DNA of 59,833 nucleotides from Catajapyx aquilonaris (Eukaryota): NCBI GenBank assembly GCA_000934665.2, contig KZ538131.1:62001-121833 (forward strand), in the 5' to 3' direction. Positions within the stretch are counted from its first letter, which is position 1. Every line of letters starts with the position of its first letter. A program made the translations under genes and the position numbers. Of this stretch, positions 40,494-51,790 are shown one piece after another. Under the pieces are notes generated by a model. It saw nothing but the letters and a program-made list of their open reading frames with translations. It searched no databases and had not been told where the DNA came from.

Positions 40494-40738
40494 CTGAAAG
40501 AGGAAGCACAGTTGCACAGCTTGAGTAAAGATGAAATTGAAAACGAGTGTGCCACGTGTTGGTCAAAATATAGTGAAACTTTTATTAAAGTAAACTGCCA
40601 GTTTCAGGAGGAGGAAATTTTATTAAATGGCTTGGCAACACCAAATGTTCATGTTAGTTATTGGAAGAGCATTTCAGGAATAAATAAAAAATTACCATGT
40701 GTCATTTACAGACTCAAAATGCACAGACTAGATAAGTG

Positions 40739-41026
40739 ATTTCCCCCACCGAGGGGGATTAGCCATGGTCGGCGCTCGAGTCACTTCCCAATGTAGTAGC
40801 GCCTTACCTGGCGGGGAAATTCTGAACCATTAGGGTCGACTCCAATTGGCTGGAGTTATGCCTGGAGTCTTAAAGGCCTCCTGTGGAGAGCCATGTTGTG
40901 GCCCAAGGACACCAGCCAATTGGAGTCGACCCTAATGGTTCAGAATTTCCCCGCTAGGTAAGGCGCTACTACATTGGCAAGTGACTCTAGCGCCAACCGT
41001 GGCCAACCCCCATTGGTGGGGGAAAT
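40739..41026. mobile_element. Near-perfect foldback element (MITE-like) in COG3 intron 5
   Basis: ~115-bp arms (TTTCCCCCACC...CCAATTGGCTGG / CCAGCCAATTGG...GGTGGGGGAAA) around a short loop. Confidence 0.75.
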
Positions 41027-41780
41027 GAACTAAGCTCACGCGAAAAGAGGGAGAGTGACTGGGGGCTGGTCATAGTAGCCTACAGTTCATGTTACATAAT
41101 ATGGTAACTGAGGGCAACTGCCCAAAAGGATAAGTTGTTATCCCAGTATTAATTCTAGAACTTAAATCATTACTGATACTTCAAAACACTCGACCTGATA
41201 ATTTTAAAATTTGCATTTAATGCCATTACCTCAAGAACGCACCCAGTTAGCCTGTCCAATATCAAATTGCATGATTGCTGACAGATTGCACCAACCAAAA
41301 TTACAGATTAGATAGCTCCTAATGTATCGTTAGGAGCCCTAACCTGTGATAACGATCTGTTTGGAACTATCAAGTCGGTAATTTCGTTGGTGCAATCGGG
41401 CTTCAGTCAATAAAAATGGATCAGCCAAATGAATTTCTCTTGTCATGTTAAGGTGGAAGGCACAGTAACCCAGGTGATTTACAGCCTCATTCTGCCTGAA
41501 GGTGGAGCCCACTGCACTGCCTTATCTGAATGCCACCTACTCCAGAAAACTCATCATGATAATTGAGTGATAAGAAGCTCAGAAAGACACCAAGTTGTCA
41601 GGCCTTGCATATGATCACTTACAAGGTCCTTCGTCTCAAATGGTGTGTGACAACTCAGCATCTTGCAAAGAAGCTTCACATTGCCTCATGCTATTGTGGT
41701 GGATTGTCTGGCGCACCCCCCCCCCCCCNCCCCCCCCCCCCAAACTCCCTACTCCCTATCTAGCCATATGGGGAAAGCCA

Positions 41781-42079
41781 TGCGCTTAGCTAGTCCCCAA
41801 TCCCTGGATGTGGAGCACTGTACTGTACCAGATCGCATTCGGGCGGCCGACTTTCAACCGTTCTGAACCTACCTAAACTGTCAACTCTCATTCGGCCCCT
41901 GTTTGCAGATCCATCAGCCACCCTAATGCGATTTGGAATGGTCCAAATCGTATTTGGGTGGCTGGTGTGGTAGATCTGCTGAATGGGAGTTGACAGTTTA
42001 GGTAGTTTCAGAAGTCGTCTGCCCGAATGCGATTTGGTACAGTGCTCCACATCTGGGGATAGGGGACTCGCTAAGTGCA
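41781..42079. mobile_element. Foldback element (MITE-like) in COG3 intron 5
   Basis: Arms TGCGCTTAGC..GATGTGGAGCACTGTAC..TCGCATTCGGGC / GCCCGAATGCGA..GTACAGTGCTCCACATC..GCTAAGTGCA. Confidence 0.75.
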
Positions 42080-42943
42080 CACGAAAAGAGAGGGAGTTGC
42101 AGGGGGCTGGTCTGGAGTGAGTGGCATCAGGTTTTGGGTTAGGTTAGGTCTGCCTTAAGCCAGAAGCAGGGTTGTAACCAGATCTCTTCTGCAGAGCAGA
42201 AAAGTTTGGTTGACATCGGAGCAACTACATCATCAGTGGGAAGCAAAACATTGGACTCCTCCTCCCCAAAGCAGACATGGGTCTGCTCTGCAGCAAAGCA
42301 TGCAGTATGATAAGACGTGATGATCTTAACATACAGCCACATACCCAAGAGAACTTGAGGATATAATTTTTACATGTAGAATTGAGCTTCCATTGTTTGT
42401 TTGGTCAAAAGAAGTGGCTGTGTGTTCTTATAATACTCAGTCTGGTCACTTCGCCTCTTATCGCATTCAGGGGGTTGACGGGGTGGTAATGCGGTAGGTG
42501 GCCACAGCAGAGCTTTCCGCCATGCCTTTAATAGCATTTAATAGAAGACAAGGTAGATTTCCACTGTGTCTTCTGTTAAATGCATCTTTGCCAGCTAGGT
42601 TTGCAGCAAGTGCTGCAGTAGCCACTCCACTCTGATGTCAATCAGATCCATGAAATATGAGACATAATTGAAATTTTAACAATTTGGTTCCTGGACTTAT
42701 TCACAATTATGAATGTGTATGATTCACTGTGGTCCACTCATGCACTGTCACGCGTGAGACCCTTGTCCTACCACGTGTATTTTATAGAAAGTATAAGTCA
42801 AGTAACCTGGAATGTGGTGTCTACATCTAATAATTTCGCTTGTAAGGAAACTATTGTCCATTCACACGTTGTGGGGTAGGGTTCTATCTATCCCTTCCAA
42901 CACAGGTTACAATTACAATGAAAAGTTAAGAGTTCAGCCTAAC

Positions 42944-43274
42944 CTTCCTCTTTGAGATGGCCTGAGAGGCATCAGCTACACTCTGAACACAGGCAGTGAG
43001 TGCCTCTTGAGCCAGCCCCTGGCAGATGCTCCGATCCAAGCACCGGTACAGCTTTGAGAGGCACACCAAAGTGCGTCTAACAGGAGGATACCACATCCCA
43101 TGAAGGTCAGCAGGAGAAGTTGGAGTGGCTACCTCTGCAACCCCTCCAGTGATCTGTGCCACCTCATCAGATGTAGATGAGGCAGCTGAGGATGAACCCT
43201 GCTGTTGCAAAGACTCGGCTATGCTCTCCATCATCTCCAACTTCTCTGGGTATGCCAAGTCGCCTGGAGCAGGC
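42944..43274 (-). CDS. COG3: COG3 exon 5
   Basis: ctctcCAG|G CCT ... AAG|GTTAGG; PAPGDLAYPEKLEMM and DLHGMWYPPVRRTLVCLSKLYRC are diagnostic COG3 sequences. Confidence 0.95.
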
Positions 43275-43649
43275 CTGGAGAGGGACAAAAAAGTTAAATT
43301 GCTTATTTTTATGATGCATCTTTGGACTTGTAGAGGTTATCAAAAATATGAGCTGATAATATTCTGGTGAATGGAATCACCCTGTATTGAAATGAATATC
43401 CAAACTTACAACATTGCATATCACACATTTTGGCCCATTGTGCAAGAGGTCAATGGTTGAAGCCATGTAACTTAACATTATAACCTAATATTTTTGAAAA
43501 CCTCCTCAAGCAGGTCCAAAGTTACTGTTTAAAAGAAAGCATTTAGTGTGAAAACAAATCTAACCACTAGGCTCTACAACTGGAATACACAGCCTTCAAA
43601 AAAAGACAAATATCCTTAACATATCTGACTGTAATGCTTCCTCTGAAAG

Positions 43650-43972
43650 TTTTTTTTTTTTGTAAGTACCCCGTGCTAGGGCCGTACGGCCCTCTTAGTG
43701 GGGTGGGAATACCACCATATTTAGAACCATGTGTATAATTATACAATTATTTAGTTGGTCCACGATTAGGGTAAGTAGGAGGGGATGTGCAAAGTGCAAG
43801 TGCAATGTCGTTGCTTGGCCATTTTGTGAACTCCCCCGGGTGGATTAGTCTAGTGGAAATTTCCACCCGAGACGAAGCCAGAGATGGCCCAACTCTGCAC
43901 GAGATGAAGGGGGGGACCCCGGGACCTTACATCCGTGGGCGTGTGCGTTACCGCAGCACCACTTCGCCTCCC
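43650..43972 (-). mobile_element. tRNA-derived SINE (head of the 59335 family, different poly(A) tail)
   Basis: 43776-43972 aligns by eye to the reverse complement of 59335-59550; 43650-43720 reads ...CTAAGAGGGCC...GGGGTACTTAC(A)n. Confidence 0.65.
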
Positions 43973-44045
43973 TTCCCTCTGAAACATTTTAGGTGCATGG
44001 AACTCTTTATTCGCTTGATCCAAAGGAGGCATCTTATCAGCTTAC

Positions 44046-44657
44046 CTGTATCTCAGAATGTCAGTCTGAATGTATATGTGTGTCCGGTATACTAGTCTCT
44101 CCTGCACATCCTGCAGCAGCTGGGATGCCACCCTCTCAAAAGCCTCTAACGGACCCGAAGCAACTCCTGTTGTCTCCAGTCGCAGTATGGCACACAACTC
44201 GGCCAATGTCTCCAAATGATCCACATGTATGATGGAAGGTCGAAGTGCATCATACAACTGGAGGCACAAGGTCTCCAGGAAGGAGGTGAGTGGTGGGGAA
44301 GCAACTGAGAAAAACTGAAGATACAGCTGGTGCTCATCTTCACAGAGCCGGACTAAAAATGCACACCCACTGCGGACCAGGGTACAGTGGTCACGCCGGT
44401 GTGTACTAGCCAGGTCACCAACAGTTAGAGCAACACTGGCAGAGAGGAGCTCTTCCCGCAGGTTTACATAAAAATTGTGGCATTCAGAGAGGAGAGAGTC
44501 ATATTCAGGGATGCCACGGCGGCGTTCCATTTGTGTCATTAACACCTTCATTTTTGGGGCACACTGGCGAAACCGGCCATAGTAGAGTGAAAAAGACGCA
44601 TCGGCTGGCTCACTCTCTGTATGCTGCGAGGCAGTGCGAAGAGTGTTTATCACATAC
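44046..44657 (-). CDS. COG3: COG3 exon 4
   Basis: ccttgCAG|G TAT ... TAC AG|GTAAG; DHCTLVRSGCAFLV, HLETLAELCAIL and DVQERLVYRTHIYIQTDI. Confidence 0.95.
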
Positions 44658-44831
44658 CTGCAAGGAAATGTTCAGATTAGTGTGGCATTTTACAGAAGCT
44701 ACCAGCTAGGATTTAATTTTTTTTAGATGGTAATTCAGGAGCAAGAGGTATGGAGAGTTATATCCTCCTGCCAACCTCAGATCCAAGCTTCCTTCACACA
44801 TCACATTATAATTTATTCGTATTATACTTAC

Positions 44832-45184
44832 TGTCTGACCATAGCTAATGCTCGGTTGAGGCATGACTTGAGTCGTGCTAAATATGCTGGCGCTTCTTTG
44901 TATTTAGGATTGGCAGCCATGTGTGCAATGCAAGCATCGATCTTATCAAGCATCGGAGCAAAAGATTCACTGGTGACAGACATGACTGGGGAATTTAGCT
45001 GCTGCGTGAGGCGATCCAGTTCAGTAAAGTAGGAAAGCTGGAATTCAACCGCTTCTGCTGTCGAGTTCAGCCTGGCCTGGTCCTCCAGAAGATGTTCACA
45101 GGCTTCATGCAAGGAGTTGGTCTTGTTGGACACAAAGCGATACTGCTCACCAAGTTTGGAGAGTTCGGCCAGGGAAGTCTCCAC
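44832..45184 (-). CDS. COG3: COG3 exon 3 (Sec34-like N-terminal domain)
   Basis: ataCAG|GTG ... AGA CA|GTAAGT; QYRFVSNKTNSLHEACEHLL and CLNRALAM. Confidence 0.93.
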
Positions 45185-45957
45185 CTGTATAGAGAGAACA
45201 ACGTGCTTTGAGATATATTCATTTCAATCTGAGTGATGCTTCACAGAACAGAAACTGGTTCCTATAATTGAAGTGTTAAGAAGTATGTTGAGCACACTAA
45301 CTCCGAAGGACATGGTGAGGTCCTTATGGGAAAAGTTGAGCCAGATGGATTTGGCTGAAAGTTGCTCAGTTGATAGACCTGGACCTTAGGGTCAGTTGTT
45401 CTGAAGGCCGAAGAAAATCTACTGTGCCGTGTGGCCACTAGAGGCACTCAAACACATTCATAGTGTTTTCCACAATCAGGTAAGTATAGCTGTTCTTGTT
45501 TGTAAAATATCTTGTCCGTATCTTCAGCGTACGCGTAAGCGGAAAACTAGGCGATGGCGGGTATGGCTGGTCCTGCGTGGTGGAGTTCTCATCGCCTAGA
45601 TTCTAGGTGGCTGGGGCTCACGGGGTTAAGGGTTGCAACACGGTGCAAAAAGTATCGGACAATAATTATCAAGCTCAGTAAATGTCAGTTATAGTATACA
45701 AAATGTCACTCAAAAAATCCACGGTCACCTACCAATGCTGTAACAATTGAAAAAAAAAAAAAAAATGATTTCAATCGATGATTTCTTGTGTCAAGAATAC
45801 ACTCCGGGTCTAGGGTCTAGACACATCTGCACTAAATTTAATGCTGCTAGTGAAAGGACCTATGGCTTCATAAAAATTCACACAGCTTCCTGATGTTATC
45901 ATCCATGCAAATCCTAGAATTAATACAGTGCCCTAGTTATAATATTGACTCAATATG

Positions 45958-46447
45958 CAAGGTGTTCTTACTAGTATGTTGTTCAGTCAGCAGTGTATTC
46001 CCTGGCCCAAAATAAGGCAAAAATACAAGGGTGAGAAATGTCAAGGGAGCAATCATAAATGACATAGACAAGATTTGGGTTCTTCTAAGACAAACACCAC
46101 CACTCACCCAACAGTTGTTTTGTATAGGGAAGGCGGTAAACTGATTGTCTCCTGTTCATGCAGGGGTGGCCTAAGTGGTAGGAGATGATCCCACAAGCAG
46201 GGATTCATATCGGAATCATATCCTGCCACTTAGGAAAGAACTGCATGAGCAGAAATATAACTGTTTGCCACCTTCCCTACAAAAAAAAGCTGCTGGGTTA
46301 GTGTCAGTCAGGAGAACCCAAATGTTCAATTGCTTTCAGCATCATTAACAGTTGTTCCCTCGACATTTCTCACCACTTCACTTTTGACTTATTTCGGGCC
46401 TAGAAATATGCTGCCACATAGACAACATACCAGTAAAAAACACCCTG
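45958..46447. mobile_element. Degenerate full-length palindromic Tc1/mariner-type MITE
   Basis: CAAGGTGTTCTTACTAGTATGTTG ... CAACATACCAGTAAAAAACACCCTG-TA; symmetry continues to a centre near 46212. Confidence 0.7.
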
Positions 46448-47504
46448 TATGCTATGGAACTGATTTAGTGGAGTGAAAATGAAATTGGAACCATACACAT
46501 TTACCATGCATTGCATGCCAGTGGTACAAGAAACTGTGACATCTGGTCAGACACTGGTCAGTGACACTGGGGAGGAGAGAGGTTAGGATAGCTAATTGCC
46601 TCATTTGAGGCTGTGTTTGGCCTGAAATGTTGTTGGTACTTGAAGCACAGTCAGAAGAATGGGATAGCTAGGTTCCATGCTCAGGATATCTTGTATAGTC
46701 GACACACTGTAAGGATAGCGATGAAAAGGCTAGTGCAGCATCATCCTCCCACCCTCCAGCTAAAAAAAATAATAAAAAATTGGAAGACTGTACAGTTGGG
46801 GAAAGGCAATGTCACATAAGTACCTGTAATGGTTGCCAACAAATGAAATGAGACAAAAACAAATGACACCCCCCCCCCCCNCCCCCCCCCTACGAATTTT
46901 GAGGGCCTTGTGTTATGAAACGGACGGATATTTTGGTTCCGGTGTTTTGCCTACAAAATAAAAAAGTAGGTAAAAACATAGAAATCCATTCTATGGTGAT
47001 AAGTTAGTATAAGAGCAGTGTACAAAATGCATTTTACAAAACAAAGGACCAAAAATTGCACCTGAAATAAGAGTGGTAAGAGATACATATAAGTAGGCCT
47101 ATTGTAAGGACATATCAAGTGGGATTGGCAAGAGTGGTAGTAGCTCCGTAGTTAGTCTGTCAGCCTCGTAGTCAAAATAAGTGGGTCTGACTCACTTCCA
47201 GAGCTATCAAGTCTCAAGAAAGTAAAAATTCTTCAGCGAGTTGTGAGCTAGGCTGGGCGGAGAAGCGTGGAGGGGGGAATTGGTAATAAGGGCAGCACCA
47301 CAGTTTTTTTTTTTAGTTGTTTTTTTTTTTTTGCCAGATTTCATTGATTTATCATGTAATTTGCTCACATTCTGAATCAAATATGGTTTTAGGTGCAAAT
47401 TTATGTGGATCGATATATTACACCATGCATGCTCAGTTTGTGCAGATTTTCTTGGTTGTTTCATGCATGTCGGGTCTGACCATAGTCTAAAGTTATGCCC
47501 ATAC

Positions 47505-47759
47505 CTGGTTTAAAAGTGTGAGACACTCATCACTGTGCGCATTGAGCCTGTTGACATATGCCTGGTGATGCACATCCTCCTCTTTAGCCATCTCGACCTC
47601 CACCTCCGAATACCACGACAGAAACTGCTGTGCCGACTCAATTCGTGTCTCTCCAAGGAGCAGCTTCTCAAAGCAGGTAGGCTTTTCTCGATCGCTTTCT
47701 TCCTTCGCCGCTTCCTGCACCGCAACGTTATGACTAAAGTCGGCATCCCCTGGCAGCAA
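47505..47759 (-). CDS. COG3: COG3 exon 2
   Basis: ttaCAG|TTG ... AAC CAG|GTATGG; RIESAQQFLSWY matches the COG3 N-terminal region. Confidence 0.9.
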
Positions 47760-47870
47760 CTGTAATGTAAATCCCCCTGTAAAACCTGTCACGCTTTGCG
47801 CTCTGCAACACTAATCCACTGGCACTTTACTGTACTGCCTGCCTATTGTGTACCACAGTATGCTAGTTAC

Positions 47871-48098
47871 ATTATGAGGAAGCGGTGCTCGTTGCGCAGC
47901 CTGTGCAATCTCCAGGGCAGCATCCCTCTGTTGAAAAGAGAGTGGGGCCAACCTCTCCCATTCTGACAAGCGCTGCTGCACTGTCACCTTCCTAACCCTC
48001 TCCGCTTCTGCAGCTGCCGCCGCCGCCTCCTGAAGTTGTTGAACAGTGCTAGTGGCCGTGCTTGTGGACACCGGCACTGTCGCTGCCACGTCCGACAT
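47871..48098 (-). CDS. COG3: COG3 exon 1 (MSDVAATVP...LSEWERLAPLS...PLPHN)
   Basis: ATG at 48098, donor AAT|GTAACT; phase 0 fits exon 2. The seven exons total 2505 nt = 834 aa + stop. Confidence 0.85.
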
Positions 48099-48207
48099 CC
48101 TCTCCCTAGTCTGACCGACACCTACATTCGAGACGATACTAACGATACAAGTACCAGTATCACTGTCGCTGTCGCCCTCTATCTTTCCTAGTAGCAAAGT
48201 TTTCTAA
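48099..48207. promoter_or_regulatory. Putative compact bidirectional promoter
   Basis: 109 nt between divergent ATGs; CpG-retaining; DRE-like TATCGTTA / TATCGTCT on the - strand; AAATGGCG at the + strand start. Confidence 0.45.
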
Positions 48208-48374
48208 ATGGCGACAGAAGTGTCGATCCGCCCCACGATCCGCCCAGAAGAGAAGAGTATGGGAAAAGTAGAATCGTCTTCAGCAGAGCTGGCGGAAGAG
48301 AAGAGCATAGGGGAACGCGCGGTTGCTGAAGAGCAGTCTGACCAGAACCACGAGGAGCAAGATGATCGTGGCGG
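48208..48374 (+). CDS. Probable first coding exon of an unidentified divergent gene (acidic N-terminus)
   Basis: ATGGCG start, Glu-rich coding-like ORF MATEVSIRP...EEQDDRG, donor GG|GTTAGT at 48374/48375; no downstream exon confidently found. Confidence 0.45.
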
Positions 48375-48930
48375 GTTAGTTCAATTCTGAGGACTGCAAT
48401 TCGGGTTGGAAGACTGTGTTAGAGTCGGAGAGTAAGCAGAAATCTTCAGCCATTGTTGCCTGGGCATGGTATTGTTGACATTAAGGTTATGGGAAGTGAT
48501 AGATAGGTGATAGACACGGGTGAAAGAGGGGACTACTATCCAAATGCCTGGCTGTTAGGGCCTTAGTGTCTGAATGGAATGTTGATTCAGGCTGAACATT
48601 TGGTGTGTAAATGTTTGGTTATTAATGTATTGTATACCTGGTATACAGTTGAGCCAGCAACCTGGTAATGCATTAGGTACATTGTGCTGAAGAATAATGC
48701 TGGTTATTAGTCTTGGTGAGCACAGCAGCTCTAAATGAGAGGTTGGATGATGGGGTCTTATTAAAATAAAAAATAATCAACATCCAGAGAAGTGATCAGT
48801 CAAATTCAGCTTGTTCAAAAATAATAAAAAAATACCTGCTGAATTCTGAATGGTATCCTAATAGTGTGCCAAATGAAAGTGTACCGGGCAAATGTATCTG
48901 GCATGGGTCGTGCTAAAGTGAGGGTGTAGG

Positions 48931-49124
48931 CAGTGGCGGATCTAGACGTCGTTGTTGGGGGGGGGGGGNNNNNNNNNNNNNNNNNNNNNNNNNNNNNNNN
49001 NNNNNNNNNNNNNNNNNNNNNNNNNNNNNNNNNNNNNNNNNNNNNNNNNNNNNNNNNNNNNNNNNNNNNNNNNNNNNNNNNNNNNNNNNNCCCCCCCCCC
49101 CCCCCCCCCATGGATCCGCCACTG
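48931..49124. mobile_element. hAT-type MITE spanning an assembly gap
   Basis: TIRs CAGTGGCGGATC / GATCCGCCACTG; 8-bp TSD GGTGTAGG / GGTTTAGG (7 of 8 match). Confidence 0.75.
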
Positions 49125-49521
49125 GGTTTAGGTATCCCAAGTACTTTTATGAGGTATCTTCTGCACTGCAAAAAAGGTTGGGTGACATTGGACCAAAAGC
49201 GGAGTAATTGAAAAACAAGCATTGGATTACCCAGAAAATAACTTGGTCTGCCCAGTCACTCCTTCTTCCTTAGCAAACTTTAAAATCTTATTTTTACATG
49301 TAAATTTGAGCTTTTGAAGTTCTCATGTGCAACAGAATATATCTCGGATGCACGGGAAAAAGGGCATAAGTAAAAAAAATATTAATCCTTTTTTTGACTT
49401 ACGTTCTTTTCCCCCCGAATCTCTTGGATGTGATAGGGCATACTACCTCTATGACAGTTATGCCTCAAAGGTTTGGTAGGGGTCCCTTTTGGAATAGCCA
49501 GTGACGGGCACTAAATACTTG

Positions 49522-49654
49522 AATGTAATTAAATCCTAAATACTAACTACTGCATAAAAATGTAATTAAATACTAAATACTAACTACTGCATAAAAATGT
49601 AATTAAATACTAAATACTAACTACTGCATAAAAATGTAATTAAATACTAAATAC
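49522..49654. repeat. Tandem repeat, ~37-bp unit, ~3.5 copies
   Basis: AATGTAATTAAATACTAAATACTAACTACTGCATAAA repeated. Confidence 0.9.
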
Positions 49655-49822
49655 ATCAAAAGTATTTACATACTTAAGTAAATACATTTCAAGTCCATTT
49701 TATGTTAATGTGCAACTAATTTCTTACAATCATTCTTTGGATAAAAATAAGAGAACATAACAGATTTCTACTTTATATTCATTCTATAATTAGCTATATG
49801 TTATTATGACTTCAACTTCAGG

Positions 49823-50116
49823 GGGGAGGCATGGTGGTCTGGTGGTTACGCCACTGGCCAGCCAAGCGGGAGGCAGGGGTTCAAATCCCGTCCCCGTCAC
49901 CTCTGCTTGGCCGGGTCTTTTTCCGCTTTTCACCCGACAGGCCGGAGGAGAATTGCACTCCCTTCTCTGCTTGGGGCCAGGAGAAAAGGTCTGGTGTATT
50001 TCAGAAAGTCAGAAATAACTAGCGCACAGCGCCCTCCCTTGGGAACCTCCCCTCCCCCCTGCCTAAGAGGGCCTCGGGTCCCATCATGGGGTATTTAAAA
50101 CAAAAAAACAAAAAAA
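49823..50116 (+). mobile_element. tRNA(Gly)-like SINE with A-rich tail
   Basis: A-box TGGTCTGGTGG, B-box GGTTCAAATCC, A-rich tail, 14-bp TSD ACTTCAACTTCAGG (49809-49822 and 50117-50130). Confidence 0.85.
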
Positions 50117-50597
50117 ACTTCAACTTCAGGAAAAGGTTAAGTCAATAATAATAAATGAATGACAAATGAAAATCAAAAGTTAGTCTTTCCGGTTAAATTT
50201 TTTTTATTGCTGGGCAATAATACCATGTGCGTATCATGCTGCAAGCTGCCTAGGAGAAAAAGCTGCTAATTACCTGTTTTTCTTTCATTAGGTTTCAGAA
50301 TTAAGAATTATGCAAATATAAATTAAAGGAGTATTAGGGAAAGTATTTACGATATGTATTTAAATACTTCTGTATTTAAATACTCAGAAATGTATTGAAA
50401 TACAGCAGGGTAAGGGGCCAAAATTTCGACACCCTTACGTTGTTTTCCTCTTGTTAGAAAATGGCAGAATGCAGCAATGTAAGGAAAGTGAATGTGAATA
50501 CTATGAACATTTACCTACTACGTCCCGCAATGAAAATTTATATACAGGGTGTAACAAGACCCCATGCAGAAATTTTAATTTTAATTATATATATATA

Positions 50598-51035
50598 CAG
50601 GTTGTATCAGAACTCTACCGTAAGCTATGTGCCAATGGCATAAGGGGCACCAGAGCATCATTATATGTAGAGGGGTCATCATGTCTAGGCAGCCTCATTA
50701 CGGAGATAATTGCCTTCAAACACGTAGTACAAAGTATCCTGGGAGGTATGGAAACCTTCATCCCCGACATCGCATCACTCGTGAAAATAGCAGCTTTTCC
50801 ATTTAGCTACTAGCATGTCGCATGTGTACTGCATGTCGCATGTGATCTGTGACAATTTGTGACAATCTGTGACAATCTGTGACAATCACTCTTAGGCCCA
50901 ATTGCTAAATCGCAAATGATCAATTATCTCAGTAATGAGGCTGCCCAGACATAATGACTCCTCTACATTAATTGATCCCCTGGTGCCCATTAAGCCATTG
51001 GCATATGGCTTATGGTAGAGTTTTGATACACCCTG
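50598..51035. mobile_element. Tc1/mariner-type MITE with long TIRs, adjacent to a truncated TIR (50545-50580) of the 54085 family
   Basis: CAGGTTGTATCAGAACTCTACC... / ...GGTAGAGTTTTGATACACCCTG, ~115-bp arms, TA flanks. Confidence 0.75.
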
Positions 51036-51189
51036 TATATATGGGTGATTTTCCCAAAACTTACCATTTTCAAAGCAAGAATTAATGAATTTCAAAACTT
51101 GTTTTAAAAATCTGGAAAAATTCTCACTTACTCTATATGAGGTCACAAATCAGGGAAAAATATGGAGAACTAATTCTGATATTCTTTTG

Positions 51190-51790
51190 CCAGGAGAGTG
51201 AATATTTCCAGGAGTTCGGGAGCCAGAAGAATTACATATGCATGCAATAGGATTAATATCACGGTCCAGAACAAACGTCGTCTATGGAGATTTCGGTGGG
51301 TTCAAGAAGACCCTTCATTCCATGGAATCACAGTTATTTCAAAACATTTAAGCTATTATGTGACATAGAAAAATGAGCCAGGAGTGTGAACTTTTAATTT
51401 CCGGGAGAAAAATGACCTTTGGATGCATTAGGATTAATATCACGGTCAAGAACGAACGTTGACTCTGGACATTTCTGTGGGTTCAAGAAGACCCTTCATG
51501 CCATGGAATCAGAGTTATTTCAAAACATTTAAACTATTTTGTGACATAGAAAAATGAGCCAGGAGTGTGAACTTTTTATATCCGGGAGTTTGGGAGCCAG
51601 AAGAATTGACCTTTGGATGCATTAGGATCGATTAGGATTAATATCACGGTCCAGAACAAACGTTGACTCTGGAAATTTCTGTGGGTTCAAGAAGACCCTT
51701 CATGCTATGGAATCATAGTTATTTCAAAACATTTAAGCTATTTTATGACATAGAAAAATGAGCCAGGAGTGTGAACTTTTTATTTCCGGC
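51190..51790. repeat. Tandem repeat, ~180-200-bp unit, 3 copies
   Basis: GGATTAATATCACGGTC..GGGTTCAAGAAGACCCTTCAT..GACATAGAAAAATGAGCCAGGAGTGTGAACTTTT recurs at ~51250, ~51431 and ~51634. Confidence 0.9.

Noticed and set aside
42135..42150. TTAGG arthropod telomere-like motif
   Set aside because: Only two copies; expected by chance.
49522..49654. 37-bp repeats as a CRISPR array
   Set aside because: Contiguous tandem units without unique spacers, in eukaryotic context.
50458..50478. Possible 21-nt phase-2 exon for the divergent gene (ttgttAG|...CAAT|GTAAGG)
   Set aside because: Phase-compatible but embedded in TE-like sequence, with no independent support.
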